A stretch of DNA of 64,000 bases from NCBI RefSeq assembly GCF_009914755.1, contig NC_060925.1; one strand, given 5' to 3'. Shown here one piece after another: positions 27,251-42,600 of this stretch. The position numbers were made by a program, and so were the translations under genes. Within the stretch, counting starts at the first letter, position 1. Every line of letters starts with the position of its first letter. The stretch is from the human T2T-CHM13v2.0 reference genome, Homo sapiens. The notes beneath the pieces are model-generated. The model did not search any database. It was not told the origin of the DNA and was given only the letters and a program-made list of their open reading frames with translations.

Positions 27251-27949
27251 TTTGCCTATGATTGAGTAATTCCTTTCTTAGTTATTTACCCAGGGGATTG
27301 CAGGCACAGCAACACTAAGAGACAGGTTAAAAAAATGTTCACAGCTATGTCATAATAACTTAAAATTAGGAACAATCCAAATATCCAAACACAACAGAAT
27401 GGATAAATAATATAGTTTAGTCTTAGCATTGACTGGTATGGAAATTAACAGGAAAAATGCAACTATGTGGATAAATCACACATATATACCACTAAGGGAA
27501 CGAGATTAATACAAAAAATATATAGTCTATGAAAGAAATATAAATGTCAAAATGAGACTACACTGTCACTATTATTCAAACATCTGTACACAGTGAAACT
27601 ATATAAAAAAGAAAGAAAATACTGACCACAATTTCAAGATTGTTGTTACTTATAAGGAGAGAAAAGAGTCAGCAGTTCTGGGGCTCTGAAAGTATTCTAT
27701 TTCTTGACTTTGATAAGGTTTAGACAATTGTTGGCCTCATTTTTTTTAAAAAAAGCCTACATTTGAGGTTCATTTTGTTTTTCCTGTATATGTGCCAAAT
27801 TTTAATTTTTTAAAAAAAGTAGGTGAACAATCTGAAATTAAAAGTTTTTATTCTAAGGCCTCTTTGTCATTTACTAGAGTAGTTGATACTTTTAAAATGT
27901 AAAGCTGTTAAACAATTATAAATTATATTTATATCAAGGTGATTTTCCC

Positions 27950-28017
27950 AATCTAGTGAGCACATGTGAATATGTATGTATCTAATCTAGTGAGCATGTG
28001 TGAATATGTATGCATCT
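27950..28017. repeat. Tandem duplication of a 34 bp unit
   Basis: AATCTAGTGAGCA..TGTGAATATGTATG.ATCT occurs twice. Confidence 0.9.
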
Positions 28018-30629
28018 GTTGGGGGGAGGTTTATGTGTGTGCCTATGTGTTTGCTTTTTATGTCTGTGTAGTTGTAAGCATGTGTACATGTATTTAGGTG
28101 TGTGCATTTATTTGTGTGCCTGTCTGTGTGTGCATGTATGTTTTGTAGGAAGGTGAGGATACATTTTTTTTTGGTGTAGAAGATATGATCATCACAGAAA
28201 TAATTAAAATGAGCAGGTTTTTGAAAATAAAAACCCCAAAACAGAAATAAAATTTCAAGTAAATGAAATAAAATGAATAAATATATTTTTTCATCAAGTT
28301 AGATGTTTCAAAACACAGACTTCAATGTTAGCTTATTTCCAGCTTTTTGTTTTCTCAGTATGTGGTTCACGCAGCTATAATGCTTTTGAGAACACAGAGC
28401 GCCAGTTGTGGGAAAAGAAGCTCTGTTCATTATCCTCAGGTTGTCTTCATTTCGTAATTCTTTTCACTACCTCTTTATGAGTATTATCACAAAACAAAAA
28501 CAAGAAACACCTGCTGTATTGTACACATGATTTTCAATCAATTCATCAGCAGCTTCAGAGTAAAAGAAAGAAATCAAGCAAATTATTAGTCCACTTGGGA
28601 ACTATGAGAACACATTTAAAGGATGTGAATATTTTCATTTCAAAGTAATTTTGTTTCTTTGCCTTTTGGAATCATCGGCACCAAATGCTTTTTGGCTTGC
28701 TGCTTACACTTTTCATCATCGCCTTTTAGATATTTATTGGAAAAAGGCTCTGAATTTTGGGGGCTGCGAAATATGAAGATGCACACAAACACACCCCACA
28801 TACAAAGATATAATGTTCATTATAATGTGACCATTAATTCTGCCATTCTTTCAAATTCTGAATTCACTTCTTTAATCCTTTCAGCTTAAAATTTGATATT
28901 TTGATTCTTGGGTAGAAAAATTCACTTAAATATAACAAAGATTTATTGAACCCCTGTTATATAACATATTGGATAAATGCTCTAGCTCTGAAGTTTACAG
29001 ACCTGGTTTTGAATTTTAGCTCTACAAATAATTATGTCAGCTTTGGGCACATTGCTTAACTTCCATTCAATTCCATTTCCTCACCTGTAAAACAGTTACA
29101 GTGTCCTGAGATAAAACATTAGTAACCCAGAAACAAGCATAAAATCAAGAAAAATGAAATTATTATTAGAAAGGTAGTCATGTAACATTACTGAGCAATT
29201 GTCACATCCTCGACTTTGTATAGTAATGCAAACATTTGGTGAAAACTTTTGTGTTGCTTTCAACTTACATGAATTGAATGCCAATCAGAATATTTCTAGG
29301 ATTACATCAAAATTAGTACATAAATTGTGATAAGCTGAGAAAATAACTTATTTTTTCACCAAAACAAGTTACCCACATTGTATTTTTGCATTGCTTAATG
29401 TATATATAAATGCAAGCCATATACCAATTACTAATAAATGCAATAGAATAGGACAAATTCAAAGCTCTTCTCTCTCTCCAGTTCCAACAGGAAAAAGAAA
29501 TCCATTTTTATTTTATAACATTGGCTGAGTAAAAAAAAAAAAAGTGAATGAAGTAAAAAGATAGACCTTAATGTTTTAATATAACATAATTATGGAGTTC
29601 TATTTTTTAAAAAAATTCATAATGCATGGAGTTCATTTTATAAATACATATTAATATCTATAGCATAGTAAAATTAAAATAGAACAAGTATTTATCTTGA
29701 GAATTATGCTGTCATATTCAAAGTCCATATTGAATTAGAAAATGTTAAGCTCAATCTTTCTAGCCATGGAGATTGATAGGTCATCAGATCATCTAGTGTA
29801 ATCATCTATATGATCAGCACCTCTGTTGCCTCGTTCAGCACAACAGATCAACTAGAAGTTACTAGTTTAGGTAACAGGTAAAGGGATCTCACTGGAGGAG
29901 GACAATCACAACCAAACAAATAAATGAAGACTGTGATGAACCAACCAACACTGACAGCAATCAGTGAAAGTCTGGGATAATTCCCCAAATTCTGAATCCT
30001 GGTGTTTTTCTTAGTAAATTGATGTAGTAATTATTGTGGTGACTATGTGGTCTGCGTTTTTACTTTTAGTCCAAATTTGCTTCTTTCAGGGAAGTTATGG
30101 GCTTGCTACTCTGGACTATGAATACTGAGGCCCTCATGCAGATACAAAGGAATGTCCTGTTATAGTCTGTGATATGGTTTGTGGACAGCCTTGCTTGTGG
30201 GTGCAGGGAATTAAGAGCACACAAGTACTAATGGAATAAGAAGGTAAGCATGATATACTCTGGAGTTCAATATTCTAACCTTCTTCTTGAAAACAAAATT
30301 AGATATAAAAGTGGCAGCAACTCTGGTAAAGTCATGGGAAAAGAGTACTGCCAGTGACCCTGTTATTCCAGCAGGATCTCATAGAGCATGCCATTAACCT
30401 CAGTCCACAAGAGAGTATATTATACAAGGAAGCAATTAAAAATGGCTGGTGTCTAATCTCTTGTGACTTTTGGGTGCTGGATTTTCCATAAAACAAAGGC
30501 ACATCAATTTCACTGAGGAAAACTCCACCCTTCAGGGACTTAGTTTGGACTTGCTCCCATTGATGTGTGGAAGTGAAAAAGTCAGCTCTTTGTTCTTGGT
30601 GTTTATTGGTTTATCACAGTCATCATTCT

Positions 30630-30960
30630 CTTATTCAGCAAACGTTTATGCAGAAATGTCTATACATAAGGCTTTGATTTAGGTGTTCAACTACAAGTGA
30701 AATAGACATTTTCTTCTTTGTTAGAGCTTATTGTCTAGAGGAATATGGAGATAACATACAGGTAAATGATCAAACAAAAATATGAAATAACCTGAGAATG
30801 ATGCTATGATACAATCAAATTAGAAGCTAAGCAAATAATTAGAAGGAAAGAACACATGTGAACAGCTTAGACAGGTCGGAGCTCTCGGAGGAGTTGGAAT
30901 TTGAAGACCTTGAAGGAGCTAGCCATGCAATGTGCAGGGAGAAGGAAGAGAGGCAGGCTC
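30630..30960 (-). mobile_element. L2 3' fragment
   Basis: ATTCAGCAAACGTTTATG...AGAGCTTATTGTCTAG is an L2 antisense pattern. Confidence 0.5.
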
Positions 30961-31199
30961 AGGGGCTCTCATGGTGTCCTATCAACTTTATGGTGATGTT
31001 CACTAAATCTATATAAATTTTCTTGACATCACCAAAGTCTTCAGGTTAACAATATGAACTGTGTTATCCAATTAATTATTTTACCATCATCACAAATAAA
31101 TATACAAAACTAAATCATTATGTCATCATCCCATGCTCGAGAGTGCTCCACCTCAAAACTCAAATTTTCTATGACTAGCTGTGTTTTATTTATTATTCC

Positions 31200-32290
31200 A
31201 GATAGTATATTTCATAAACATACATTGAAAGACACTATTTAGCTTATAAAACAGAACATTAGCAATATTGTTGATGCCCTTTGAGTGCTTCTCCCCAATT
31301 TAATTGTCCTTTCTACCCACCGAAGCTATCCATTACTTTGTGCTCTGTACTTGTCATTTTTTTCATTGTTGTTTGTCTCCCTAGTTTGTATCCTTAAATG
31401 AGATATTGTTTAGTTTGGTTTGTATTCAAAGCTTGGTAAATACAAATGTATAGATTCTCCACTGACTTGCTTTATTTTATTGAATTTTATTCAATATTAT
31501 GCTTCTGAGGGTCTGTTAACTTCTGTAGCTATATTTCATTCAATTTCACTGTTGTGCACAGTTCCATTTTAAGAATTTGCCCAAATGGGTATATCTATTT
31601 TTCCATTAACAGACAGTAGGTGGTTTCCAATTTTTTCTTACAATCAACAATATTACTATGTTCATATTCTTCTTGTGAATATGAAAATGGTTTCCAGAGG
31701 GTATATATTTAGTAGCTAAATTTCTAGGTCTGTGTTAGATCATGTGCAAATTACTAGGTAATATCATCAGGCTTTTCAAAAAGAATGTACCAATCTACAT
31801 TCCCACAGGCAGATTTCAAATCGTCTACTATTCCACATACCTATCATTTTCATATTTTTAAGTTTCTTTCAATATATTAGATATAAACAGGTATCTCATT
31901 TTTATTTTAAGTTTGCATTTCTCTGATGACTCTTGATATTGTGAGCATTTTCATTTGTTTATGAGTCATTGCTATGTCTTCTATGAAATGTCTGAGCATG
32001 TCTTCCGCTATTTCATCTTCTAGACTTATTGTCACTTCCTTATTGAGTTTTAAAAGTTTATATATTCTTCATATGATTTAATTTTTGAACAGAAATTTTA
32101 CTTTGAATGTAACTAGATTTATAAATACTTCCTTTAAAAGTTTTTGCTACTTTGTTTGGTTTAGGAAATCTCCATAACTCAGTTAATTTTCTGCTGAAAC
32201 TTTGAAATTTTGCCTTTCACATTTGTCTTTGACTTAGGCAAATTACTCCTTTTTGTGTATTGTGTGGGAGAATCCTATTAAATATATCTT
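31200..32290 (-). mobile_element. L1ME-type antisense fragment (continues at ~38560-39050 after the L1MA insertion)
   Basis: Antisense L1 3' motifs (GTACCAATCTACATTCCCACAGGC, GTTTGCATTTCTCTGATGAC). Confidence 0.65.
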
Positions 32291-32295
32291 GTCAG

Positions 32296-35200
32296 AACGA
32301 CCTGTGGATCAGCTGTGGCTGTGGCAACCACTGCTTGTGGAAAGTGGAGGAAAGAGTATGAAGGGTTTTGTATTGTGGTTTGAGTATCAGCTTAGTCACA
32401 GTAGACTAGAACATCAGGTAAATTGCTAAGGTTTTTGACTCGAATCCCTAGCTCTCAGACAGCATCTCTGGACACATACAGGGCCTGGGGAATCTCACTC
32501 CCCTTGAAGGGAAGGAACTTAGGCAAAGTCCAGTGCTGTGCAGGTTTCAGGTTTGACCCAGCAGAGTCCCAGTGGTGATGGCCACAGGGGTGCTTGCATC
32601 ACCACACACTTAGTTCCAGGTGGCCCAGCACAGAGAGAGAAACTCCATTTGTTTGGGAGAAAGCAACAGAAAGAACAAAAGTCTCTGCTTGGTAGTCATG
32701 AGAATTATTCTGGATCTTACACAAGATCACCAAGGTGGTACTTCTACAAGTCTGCAAAACATATACTTATTGGGTTTGCAGCTTAAGTCTCTTTGAATAC
32801 CCACAAAGCCTTCCCAGGAAGGACAGGCACAAACAAGCTCAGACTGTGAAGACTACAACAAATACCTAACTCATCAATGCCCAGACACAGACAAACATCT
32901 ACAAGCATCAACACCATTCACAAAAACATGGCCTTGCCAAATGAAGTAAATAATGCAGCATGGTCCAATCCTAGAGAAACAGAGATATATGATGTATCAG
33001 ACAGAGAATTCAAAATAGCTGTTTTGAGAAAATTCAAAGAAATTTAAGATAACACAGAAGAAATTCACAATTCTGTCAGAAAAATTTAACAAAAAGATTG
33101 AAATAATTTAAAAGAATCACACATTCTAGAACTGAAAATTGCAATTGACATGCTGAAGAATGCATCAGAATCTCTTAATAGAGAATTGATCAAGAAAAAA
33201 AATTAGCGTGTTTTAAGACAGACTATTTGAAAATACCATTCAGATGAGACAAAATAAAATAATAAAAACAATGAAGCACACCTACAAGATCTAGAAAATA
33301 GCCTCAAAGGGGTTAATCTAACAGCTCTTGGACATAAAGAGGAGGTAACAAAAATATAGAGGTAGAAAGCTTATTCAAAGGAATAATATCAGAGAACTTC
33401 CTAAACCTAGAGAAAGATATCCACATTCAAGTGCCAGAAGGTTATAGAATACCAAACAGATTTAACCCAAAGAAGACTACCTCAAGGCATTTAATAATTA
33501 AACTCCCAATGGTCAAAGATAAAGAAAGGACCCTAAACACAGCAAGAAAAAAGAAACAAATAACATACAGTGGAGTTCCAATATGTCTGGCAGCAGACTT
33601 TTCAGGGAAACTTTACAGGCCAGCAGGCTAGGAGACAGTGGTGTGACATATTTAATGTGCTGAAGGAAAAAAACTTTTACCCTAGAATCATATATCTGAT
33701 AAAATATCTCTTAAGTATGAAGAAATAAAGACTTTCCTAGAGAAGCAAAAGCTGAGGGATTTAATCAATCCGAGACCTTTTCTACAAGAAATGCTAAAGC
33801 GAGTTCTTCGATCTGAAAGAAAAAGATAATAGTGAGCTATAAGAAATCATGGGAACGTATACAACTGACTGGTAATAGTAAGCACACAAAAAAACACAGA
33901 CTAATATAACACTCTTCTTGTGGTGTGTAAACTATTCTTAAGTAGAAAAACTAAACTATGAACCAATCTAAAATGATAACTACAACAACTTTTTAAAATA
34001 CAGACAGTACAATAAGACATACAGAGAAACAACAAAAAGTTAAAAAGTAGGAAGATAAAGATAAAGTGTGGAGTTTTTATTAGTTTTATTTCTGCATATC
34101 AGTTTGTTTATGCAATTAGTGGTAAGTTGTCATCAGTTTAAAATAATGGGTTGTATTTGCAACCCTCATGGAAAACTCAAATCAAAAAACATACAACAGA
34201 TATACAAAAAATAAAAAACAAGAAACTAAATTATATCACCAGAGAAAATCACCTTCACCAAAAGGAAGACAGGAAGAAAGGAAAGAAGGAAGAGAAGGTT
34301 GCAAAATAACCAGAAAACAAATAATGAATGAAAGGAGTAAATCTGTATTTATCACTAATAACATTAAAAGTAAATGGAATAAACTCTCCGATGAAAATAC
34401 ATAGAATGGCTGAGTGGATAAAAATAAACAAGACCCATTGATCTATTGCCCGCACGAAATGCAGTCCACCTATAAACATGCACATAGACTAAAAATAAAG
34501 GGATAGAAAAAGATATTCCATGCCAATGGAAACCAAAAGACAGCAGAAGTAGCTATTCTTATATCAGACAAAATAGACTTCAAGACAAAAACTGTAAGAG
34601 ACAAAGAAGTTCCTTATATAATGATAAAGTGGTCAATTCAGCAAGAGATATAATGATTGTTTATATATGCACCCAATACTGGAACATCCAAATATATAAA
34701 GCAAATATTGTTAGAGCTAAAAAGAGATAGACACCAATACAATAATAGCTGTAGACTGCAACACCTCACCTTAAGCATTGGACAGACCTCCCAGACAGAA
34801 AATTAACAAACATCAGATTTAATCTGCACTACTGAACAAATGGACCTAATAGATATTTACAGAACATTTCATTCAATGGTAGAGAATACACATTTTTCTC
34901 CTCAGCACATGGAGCATTCTCAAGGACAGACCATATGTTATGTCAAAAAACAAGTCTTAAAACATTCAAAAAATGAAACAATATCAAGCATCTTCTCTGG
35001 CCACAATAGTCTATAACTAGAAATCAATAACAAGAGGAATTTTGGAAACTATACACATGGGAACTTAAAAATATGCTCCTGAATGACCAGTTGATCACAG
35101 AAGAAATTAAGAAGGAAATTGAAACTTTTCTTAAAACAATGATAATGGAAACACAGCCTACCAAAACCTCTGGGATACAGCAAAAGCAGTACTAATAGGG

Positions 35201-38200
35201 GAGTTTAGAGCTGTAAGGGCCTACATCAGAAAAAAAGAAAAACTTTAAATAAATAACCTAATGATGCATCTTAAAGAACTGGAAAAGCAAGAGCAAACCA
35301 AATCCAAAATTAATAGAAGAAATAAAAAACATGAGAGTAGAAATAAATAAGTTTGAAATAAATAAAACAATCCAAAAGATCAATGAAACAAAAAGTTTGT
35401 TTTTCAAAAAGATAAACAAAACTGAAAAACCATTAGCCAGACTAACAAAGAAAAAAAAAAGAGAGAAGACCCAAATAAATAAAATCAGAGGTGAAAAGGA
35501 GACATTACAGTTGATACTGCAGAAATTCAAAGGATAATTAGTGGCTACTATGAGCAACTATATGCCAATGAATTGGAAATATCAAAAAGGAATGGATAAA
35601 TTTCCAGATGCATACAACATACCAAGACTGAACCAGGAAAAAATCCAAAACCTGAACATACCGATAACAAATAGTGAGATAGACACTCATAAAACATCTA
35701 CCGGTAAAAAAAAAGCATGGGAACTGATGGTTTCACTGCTGAATTCTACCAAACCTTAAAAGAAGAATTAATACCAATCCCACTCAAATTGTTCCAATAC
35801 AGCAGGAAGAATTACTTTCAAACTCATTCTATGAGGCCAGTGTTACCCTGATACCAAAACCAGACAAAAACACATCAAAAAAAGAAAACTACAGGTCAAT
35901 ATCCCTGATGAATATTGATGTAAAAATCCTCAACAAAATACTAGCATATCAGATTCAACAACACATTAGAAGGATCATTAGTCATGACCAAGTGGGATTT
36001 ATCCCTGGGATGCAAGAATGGTTCAAAATATGCAAATCAATATCATACATCATATCAACAGAATGAAGGACAAAAACCATATGATTATTTTAATCGATTC
36101 TGAAAAAGCATTCGATAATGTTCAATATCTCTCCATGGTCAAAACCTAAGAAAACTGAAGATAGAAGGAACATACCTCAAAATAATAAAAGCCACATATA
36201 ACAAACCCACAGCTAGTATCATACTGAATGGGGAAGAACTGAAAGCATTTCCTCTAAGATCTGGAACACAATGAGGATGCCAACTTTTACCACTGTTATT
36301 CAACATAGTACTGGAAGTTCTAAGAGAGCAATCAGATAAGAGAAAGATATAAAGGGCATCCAAAATTGGAAAACAGAAATCAAATTATCCTGTTTGCAGA
36401 TAATATTATCTTACATTTGCAAAATCCTAAAGACTACCAAAAAACTATGAGAACTTATAAACAAATTCAGTAAAGTTGCAGGATACAAAGTTCACAAGAA
36501 TTAGTAGCATTTCTATATGCCAACAGTGAATAGGAAAAAGAAATCACAAAAGTAATCCTATTTACAATAGACACAAAATTAAATGCCTAGGAATTAACCA
36601 AAAAAGTGAAAGATCTCTACAATGAAAACTATAAAACATTAATAAAATAAATTGAAGAGGACCCCAAAAAATGGAAAGGTATTCAATGTTCACGAATTGG
36701 AAGAAGCAAAAATTGTTAAAATGCTCATACTAGCCAAAGCAACCCACAAGTTCAATGCAATCCGTATCAAAATACCAATGACATTCTTCACAGAAATAGA
36801 AAAAAAATTCTAAAATTTATATAGAATTACAACAAGACTTGGAATAGTAAAAACTATTCTGAACAAAAAGAGCAAAACTGGAGGAACCACACTACCAGAC
36901 TTCAAATTATACTACAGAGCTATAATAATTAAAACAGCATGGTACTGGCATATAAATAGACACACTGACCAATGAAACAGAATATAAAACCGAAAAGCAA
37001 ATTCACACACCCACTGTGAACTCATTTGCAACAAGAGTGCCAATAACATACCCTGGGGAAAAGACATTCTCTTCAATAAATGGTGCTGGGAAAACTGGAT
37101 ATCGATATGCAGAAGAAAGAAATTAGATCCCTATCTCTCCCTTGTACAAAAATTAAATCCAAATGGGTTAAAGACTTAAGCCTAGGACCTCAAACTATGA
37201 AACTGCTACAAGAAAACATTGAGGAATCTCTCCACAACATTGATCTGGGCAAAATTTTCTTGAGTAATATCCCACAAGCAAAGGCAACCAAAGCAAAAAT
37301 GGACAAAGAAGATCACATCCAGTTAACAAGCTTCTGCAGAGCAAAGGAAATAATCAACAAAGTGAAGAGACAACCCACCAAATGGGAGAAAATATTTGAA
37401 AACTATCTGTCTGACAAGGAACTAATAACCAGAATATTTAAGAAGCTCAAACAACTCTATAGGAAAAAAAGCTATTAATTCAATTTAAAAATGGGCAAGA
37501 TTTGAATGGATATTCTCAAAAGAAAACACACAAATGGCAAACAGGCATATGAAAAAGTGCTCAACATCACTGATCATCACAGAAATGCAAATCAAAACTA
37601 CAATGAGACATCATCTCACTCCAGTTAAAATGGTTTGTATCCAAAAGACAGGCAACAACAAATTCTGGCAAGAATGTGGAGAAAAGGGAATCCTCATAAA
37701 CCTCTGATGAGAATGCAAATTAATATATCCGCTATGCAGAAGACTTTGGAGGTTCCTCAAAAAACTAAAAATAGAACTACCATATGATCCAGCAATCCCA
37801 CCGCTGGGTATATACCCAAAAGAAGGGAAAGAAATATATTGAAGAGATATCTGCACTCCCATGTTTGTTGCAGCACCTTTCCAATAGCCAAGATTTGGAA
37901 GCAACCTAGTTGTCAATCAACAGATAAATGGATGAAGAAAATATAGTACTTATACACAGAATACTATTGAGCCATAAAAGAGAATGAGATTTAGTCATTT
38001 GCAACAACATAGATAGAACTGGAGGTTATTCTGTTAAGTGACATAAGCCAGGCATAGAAAGACAAACATCACATGTTCTCACTTATTTGTGGAATCTGAA
38101 AATCCAAACAATTGAACTCATGGTGATAGAGAATAGAAGGATGGTTAACAGAGGCTGAGAATTGTGGTGGTGGTAGGGGTGGATTGGGGATCATTAATAG

Positions 38201-38455
38201 GTGTAAAAAAATTAGGAAGAATAAATAAGAACTAGTATTTGCTAGCACAGCAAGGGACCATGATTAATAATAATTGTACATTTTAAAACTAACTAAAAGA
38301 GTATGATTGGATTATTTGTAACACAAAGACAGGATAAATGCTTGAGGGGATGAATACTCAATGTTCCATGATGTGACTATTACACATTGCATGCCTGTAC
38401 AAAAATACCTCATGTATTCCATTAATATATCCATCTATGTATCCACAAATATTTT
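32296..38455 (+). mobile_element. Near full-length decayed L1 (L1MA2-like): partial 5' UTR, ORF1, ORF2, 3' UTR
   Basis: ORF1 remnant PEGYRIPNRFNPKKTTSRHLIIKL (33431). ORF2 start MKGVNLYLSLITLKVNGINSP at 34328. RT motif FADD decayed to FADN (36393-36404). Many stops and frameshifts. Flanks TCT(T)GTCAG resemble a TSD. Confidence 0.92.
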
Positions 38456-39327
38456 TGAATCACATTTTCACATAAATACATAAATTTTTATCTATAAATT
38501 AAACAGAAATTTATAAAACATATTAAAAAAATGGCAGTGTTCCAAAAAAAATTCTGTCAGCTAGATAATTATTATTGAGCAGTATGCCCCTTCACACTGG
38601 TCAGCAATACCATCCCATTTACATGCCACAGTCCAACATTCGTCTGGGTCTGACCTTGGGCTTTTTTTTTTCTGTCTTATTGTCCACTTTTTCTACTACG
38701 TAATCAAAAGAACACTGCCTCAGTTGCTGCATTTTATATTAACTTTTACACCAAATACAGTCTCATCTATGTTTTTGTGTACATTTTTAAATGAGCTTTT
38801 CAAGTTAGAAAAAAACAGTGTTTGCATTCTGATTGGGATATTTCAGACTCTGAGATTTTCAGGAAATTTGACATTATTACAGTTAATGAACTTTGTGTCT
38901 CTCTCCAGTCAATTTAGGTCATGTTTAATATCTTCAACAAGGTTTTATCATTTTCTCCATAAGAACTTTGCCTATCTTCATTATGCATATTTAGAGATAC
39001 TTATGATCATTGATATTGTCATGCAAAGTAGCTTTTTTATTTAATAATGTCCCCATGCTTTTAACAGCATTCAGATATACCATTTGGTGTTTCAGTATTT
39101 TATTTTGCTGTTCATGTTTTTATTCTGCTTTAATATAAAATACACTTCAAAGTATACCATTTTAATATGTGACAGAAAACATTTATTTTAAACATGTTCT
39201 CAAAATCACTCAAAATCCTAAAACAGGAGCAACATGGAGACTCTAGGCTTTTTCTCTGAGTTAATTATGCATTTGCAGGAGATCTTCTCTCATAGACCTC
39301 TACATTTTTCCCTCCGAATTTGTTTTT

Positions 39328-39490
39328 TTGGCTTAAGCAATAGAAATCTATTTCTCACACTTCTGGAGGCTGGGAAGTCCAAGATCAAAGCGCTGGCCAA
39401 TTTGCCTGAAGGCCTTCTTCCTGACTTGCAGAGAGTCAGTCTCCTTCTCCCCATGTTCTCATGTGGCAGAGAGATCTGTCTCTCTTCCTC
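39328..39490 (-). mobile_element. MLT1 LTR fragment
   Basis: GGCTTAAGCAATAGAAATCTATTTCTCACACTTCTGGAGGCTGGGAAGTCCAAGATCAA. Confidence 0.75.
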
Positions 39491-39602
39491 TTTTTTTTTT
39501 TTTTTTGTGTGTTTTTAGTAGAGATGGGGTTTCACCGTGTTGGCAAGACTGGTCTAAAACTACTGACCTCCAGTGATCCTCCTGCCTTGGCCTCCCAAAG
39601 TG
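39491..39602 (-). mobile_element. Alu left-arm fragment
   Basis: TTTTTAGTAGAGATGGGGTTTCACCGTGTTGG...GCCTCCCAAAGTG. Confidence 0.85.
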
Positions 39603-39634
39603 ATTGGATATCTTTCTCTTTTTTTAAAAAAAAA

Positions 39635-42600
39635 ATTTTATTTCCATAGGTTTTTGGGGAACAGGTGGTATTTCATTACGTAAGTTCTTTAGTGGTGATT
39701 TGTGAGATCGTGGTACACTCATCACCTGAATAGTATACATTGAACCCATTTCATAGTCTTTTATCCCTTAGCCGCTCCCCATGCTTTCCCCTGAGTCCCC
39801 AAAGTCCACTGTGTCATTCTTATGCCTTTGCATCCTTATAGCTTAGCTCCTGCTTACCACTGAGAACATACGATGTTTGGTTTTCCATTCCTGAGTTACT
39901 TCACTTAGGTTAATAGTCTCCAATCCCATCCAGCGTGCTGCAAATTAATTAATTTCTTTTTATGGCTGAGTAGTATTCGATCATATATCACAGCTTCTTT
40001 ATCCACTCATTGATTGATGGGCATTTGGGTTGGTTCCATGTTTTTGCTATCGCGAATCGTGCTGCTATAACCATGTGTGTGCAAATATCTTTTTTCTATA
40101 ATGACTTCTTTTCCTCTGGGTACATACCCAATAGAGGGATTGCTGGATCAAATGGTAGGTCTACTTTCAGTTCTTTAAGGAATCTACACACTATTTCCCA
40201 TAGTGGTTGTACTAGTTTACATTCCCACCAGCAGTGTAGAAGTCTTCTCTTTTCACCACATCCATGCCAAAATCTATTATTTTTTTATTATGGCCATTCT
40301 TGCAGGAGTAAGGTGGTATCACATTGTGGTTTTGATTTGCATTTCCCTGATCTTTAGTGATGCTAAGCATTTTTTCATATGTTTGTTGGCCATTTGTATA
40401 TCCTCTTTTGCTTATTGTCTATTCATGTCCTTAGCCCACTTTTTGATGGGATATTTTTTTCTTGCTAATTTGTTTGAGTACGTTGTAGATTCTGGATATC
40501 AGTCGTTTGTCAGATGTATAGATTGTGAAGATTTTATCCCACTCTGTGGGTTGTCTGTTTACTCTGCTGTTTCTTTTGCTGTGTAGAAACTCTTTAGTTT
40601 AATTAAGTTCCAGCTATTTATATTTGTTTTTATTGCACTTGCTTTTGGGTTCTTCATCATGAAATCCTTGCCTAAGCCAATGACTAGAAGGATTTTTCTG
40701 ATGTTATCTTCTAGAATTTTTATAGCTTCATGTCTTAGATTTAAGTCTTTGATCCATCTTGAGTTGATTTTTATATAAGGTGAGAGATGAGGATCCAGTT
40801 TCATTCTCCTACTTGTTTGCCAATTATCTCAGCACCATTTGTTGAATAGGGTGCCCTTTCCCCACTTTATGTTTTTGTTTGCTTTGTTGAAGATCAGTTG
40901 GCTATAAGTATTTGACTTTATTTCTGGGTTATCTATTCTGTTTCATTGGTCTATGTGGCTATTTTTATACTAGTACCATGTTGTTTTGGTGACTATGGCC
41001 TTATAGCATAGTTTGAAATCAGGTAATGTGATGCTTCCAGATTTGTTCTTTGTGCTTAGTCTTGTTTTGGCTGTGTGGGCTCTTTTTTGGTTCTATATGA
41101 GTTTTAGGATTTTTTTTTCTAGTTCTGTGAAGAATGATGGTGGTATCTTGATGAGAATTGCATGGAATTTGTAGACTGCTTTTGGCAGTATGCTTATTTT
41201 CACAGTATTGATTCTACCCATCTATGAGCATCAGATGTGTTTCCATTTGTTTGTGTCATCTATGATTTCTTTCAGCAATGTTCTGTAGTTTTCTTTGTAG
41301 AGGTCTTTCACCTCCTTGGTTAGATATATTTCTAAGTATTTTATTTTATTTTATTTTTTGCTGCTATTAGAAAAGGAGTTGAGTTCTTGATTTGATTCTC
41401 AGCTTGGTTGCTGTTAGTGTAAAGCAGAGCTACTGATTTGCATATATTAATTTTGTATCCTGAAACTTTGCTGGATTCATTTATCAGTTCTAGGAGCTTT
41501 TTGGAGGAGTCTTTAGGGTTTACCAGGTATAGAATTATATTATCCGCAAACAGCGACAGTTTGTCTCCCTCTTTACCAATCCGATTGGTCTGCCTATGAC
41601 TTCCAGTACTTCACTGAATAGAACTGGTGACAGTGGGCATGTCTTGTTCCAGTTCTCAAAGGGAATGCTTTCAACTTTTCCCCATTCAGTATTATGTTGG
41701 CTGTGGGTTCGCCATAGATGGCTTTTATTGCCTTGAGGTATGTCTCTTGTATTCCAATTTTACTGAGAGTTTTCATCATAAATGGATGCTGGATTTTGTT
41801 GAATGTTTTTTCTGTGTCTATTGAGATGATCATGTGATTTTTGTTTTTAATTGTGTTTATGTGGTGTATCACATTTATTGACTTGGATATGTTAAACTAC
41901 CCCTGCATCCCTGGTATGAAACCCACTTGATCATAGTGGATTATTTTTTTTTGATACGTTGTTAGATTTGGTTAGCTAGCATTTTGTTAAGGAATTTTTC
42001 ACCTATGTTCATCAGGGATATTGGTCTGTAGTTTTCATTTTTGGTTATGTCCTTTCCTGGTTTTGGTATTAGGGTGATACTGGCTTCATAGAATGACTTA
42101 GGGAGGATCCCCTCTTTCTCTATCTTGTGTAATAGTGTCAATAAGATTGGTACCAATTCTTCTTCGAATGTCTGGTAGAATTCAGCTGTGAATCTGTCTG
42201 ATCTTGGACTTTTTTTGTTTTTGTTGTTGGTAATCTTTTAACTACCATTTCAATCTCACCACTTGTTATTGGTCTGTTTAGGGTATCTAATTCTTTCTGA
42301 TTTAAGATAGGAAGGTTTTATCTTTCCAGGAATTTATCCATCTCCTCTAGGTTTTCTAGTTTATGTGCGTAAAGGTGTTCATAGTAGCCTTGAATGATCT
42401 TTTATATTTCTATGGTGTCACATAATATTTTCTGTTTCATTTGTAATTGAGCTGATTTGGATTTTCTCTCTTCTGTGCTTGGTTAATCTTGCCAATGGTC
42501 AATCCTTATTTATCTTTTCAAAGAACCAGCTTTCTGTTTCATTTATCTTTCGCATTTTTTTGTTTCAATTTCATTAGTCCTGACCTGATCTTGGTTATTT

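Noticed and set aside
28300-28900. Repeat-free stretch that looks like a conserved non-coding element or exon (ORF 28659-28889)
   Set aside because: No recognisable protein similarity or convincing splice pair; conservation cannot be judged without alignments.
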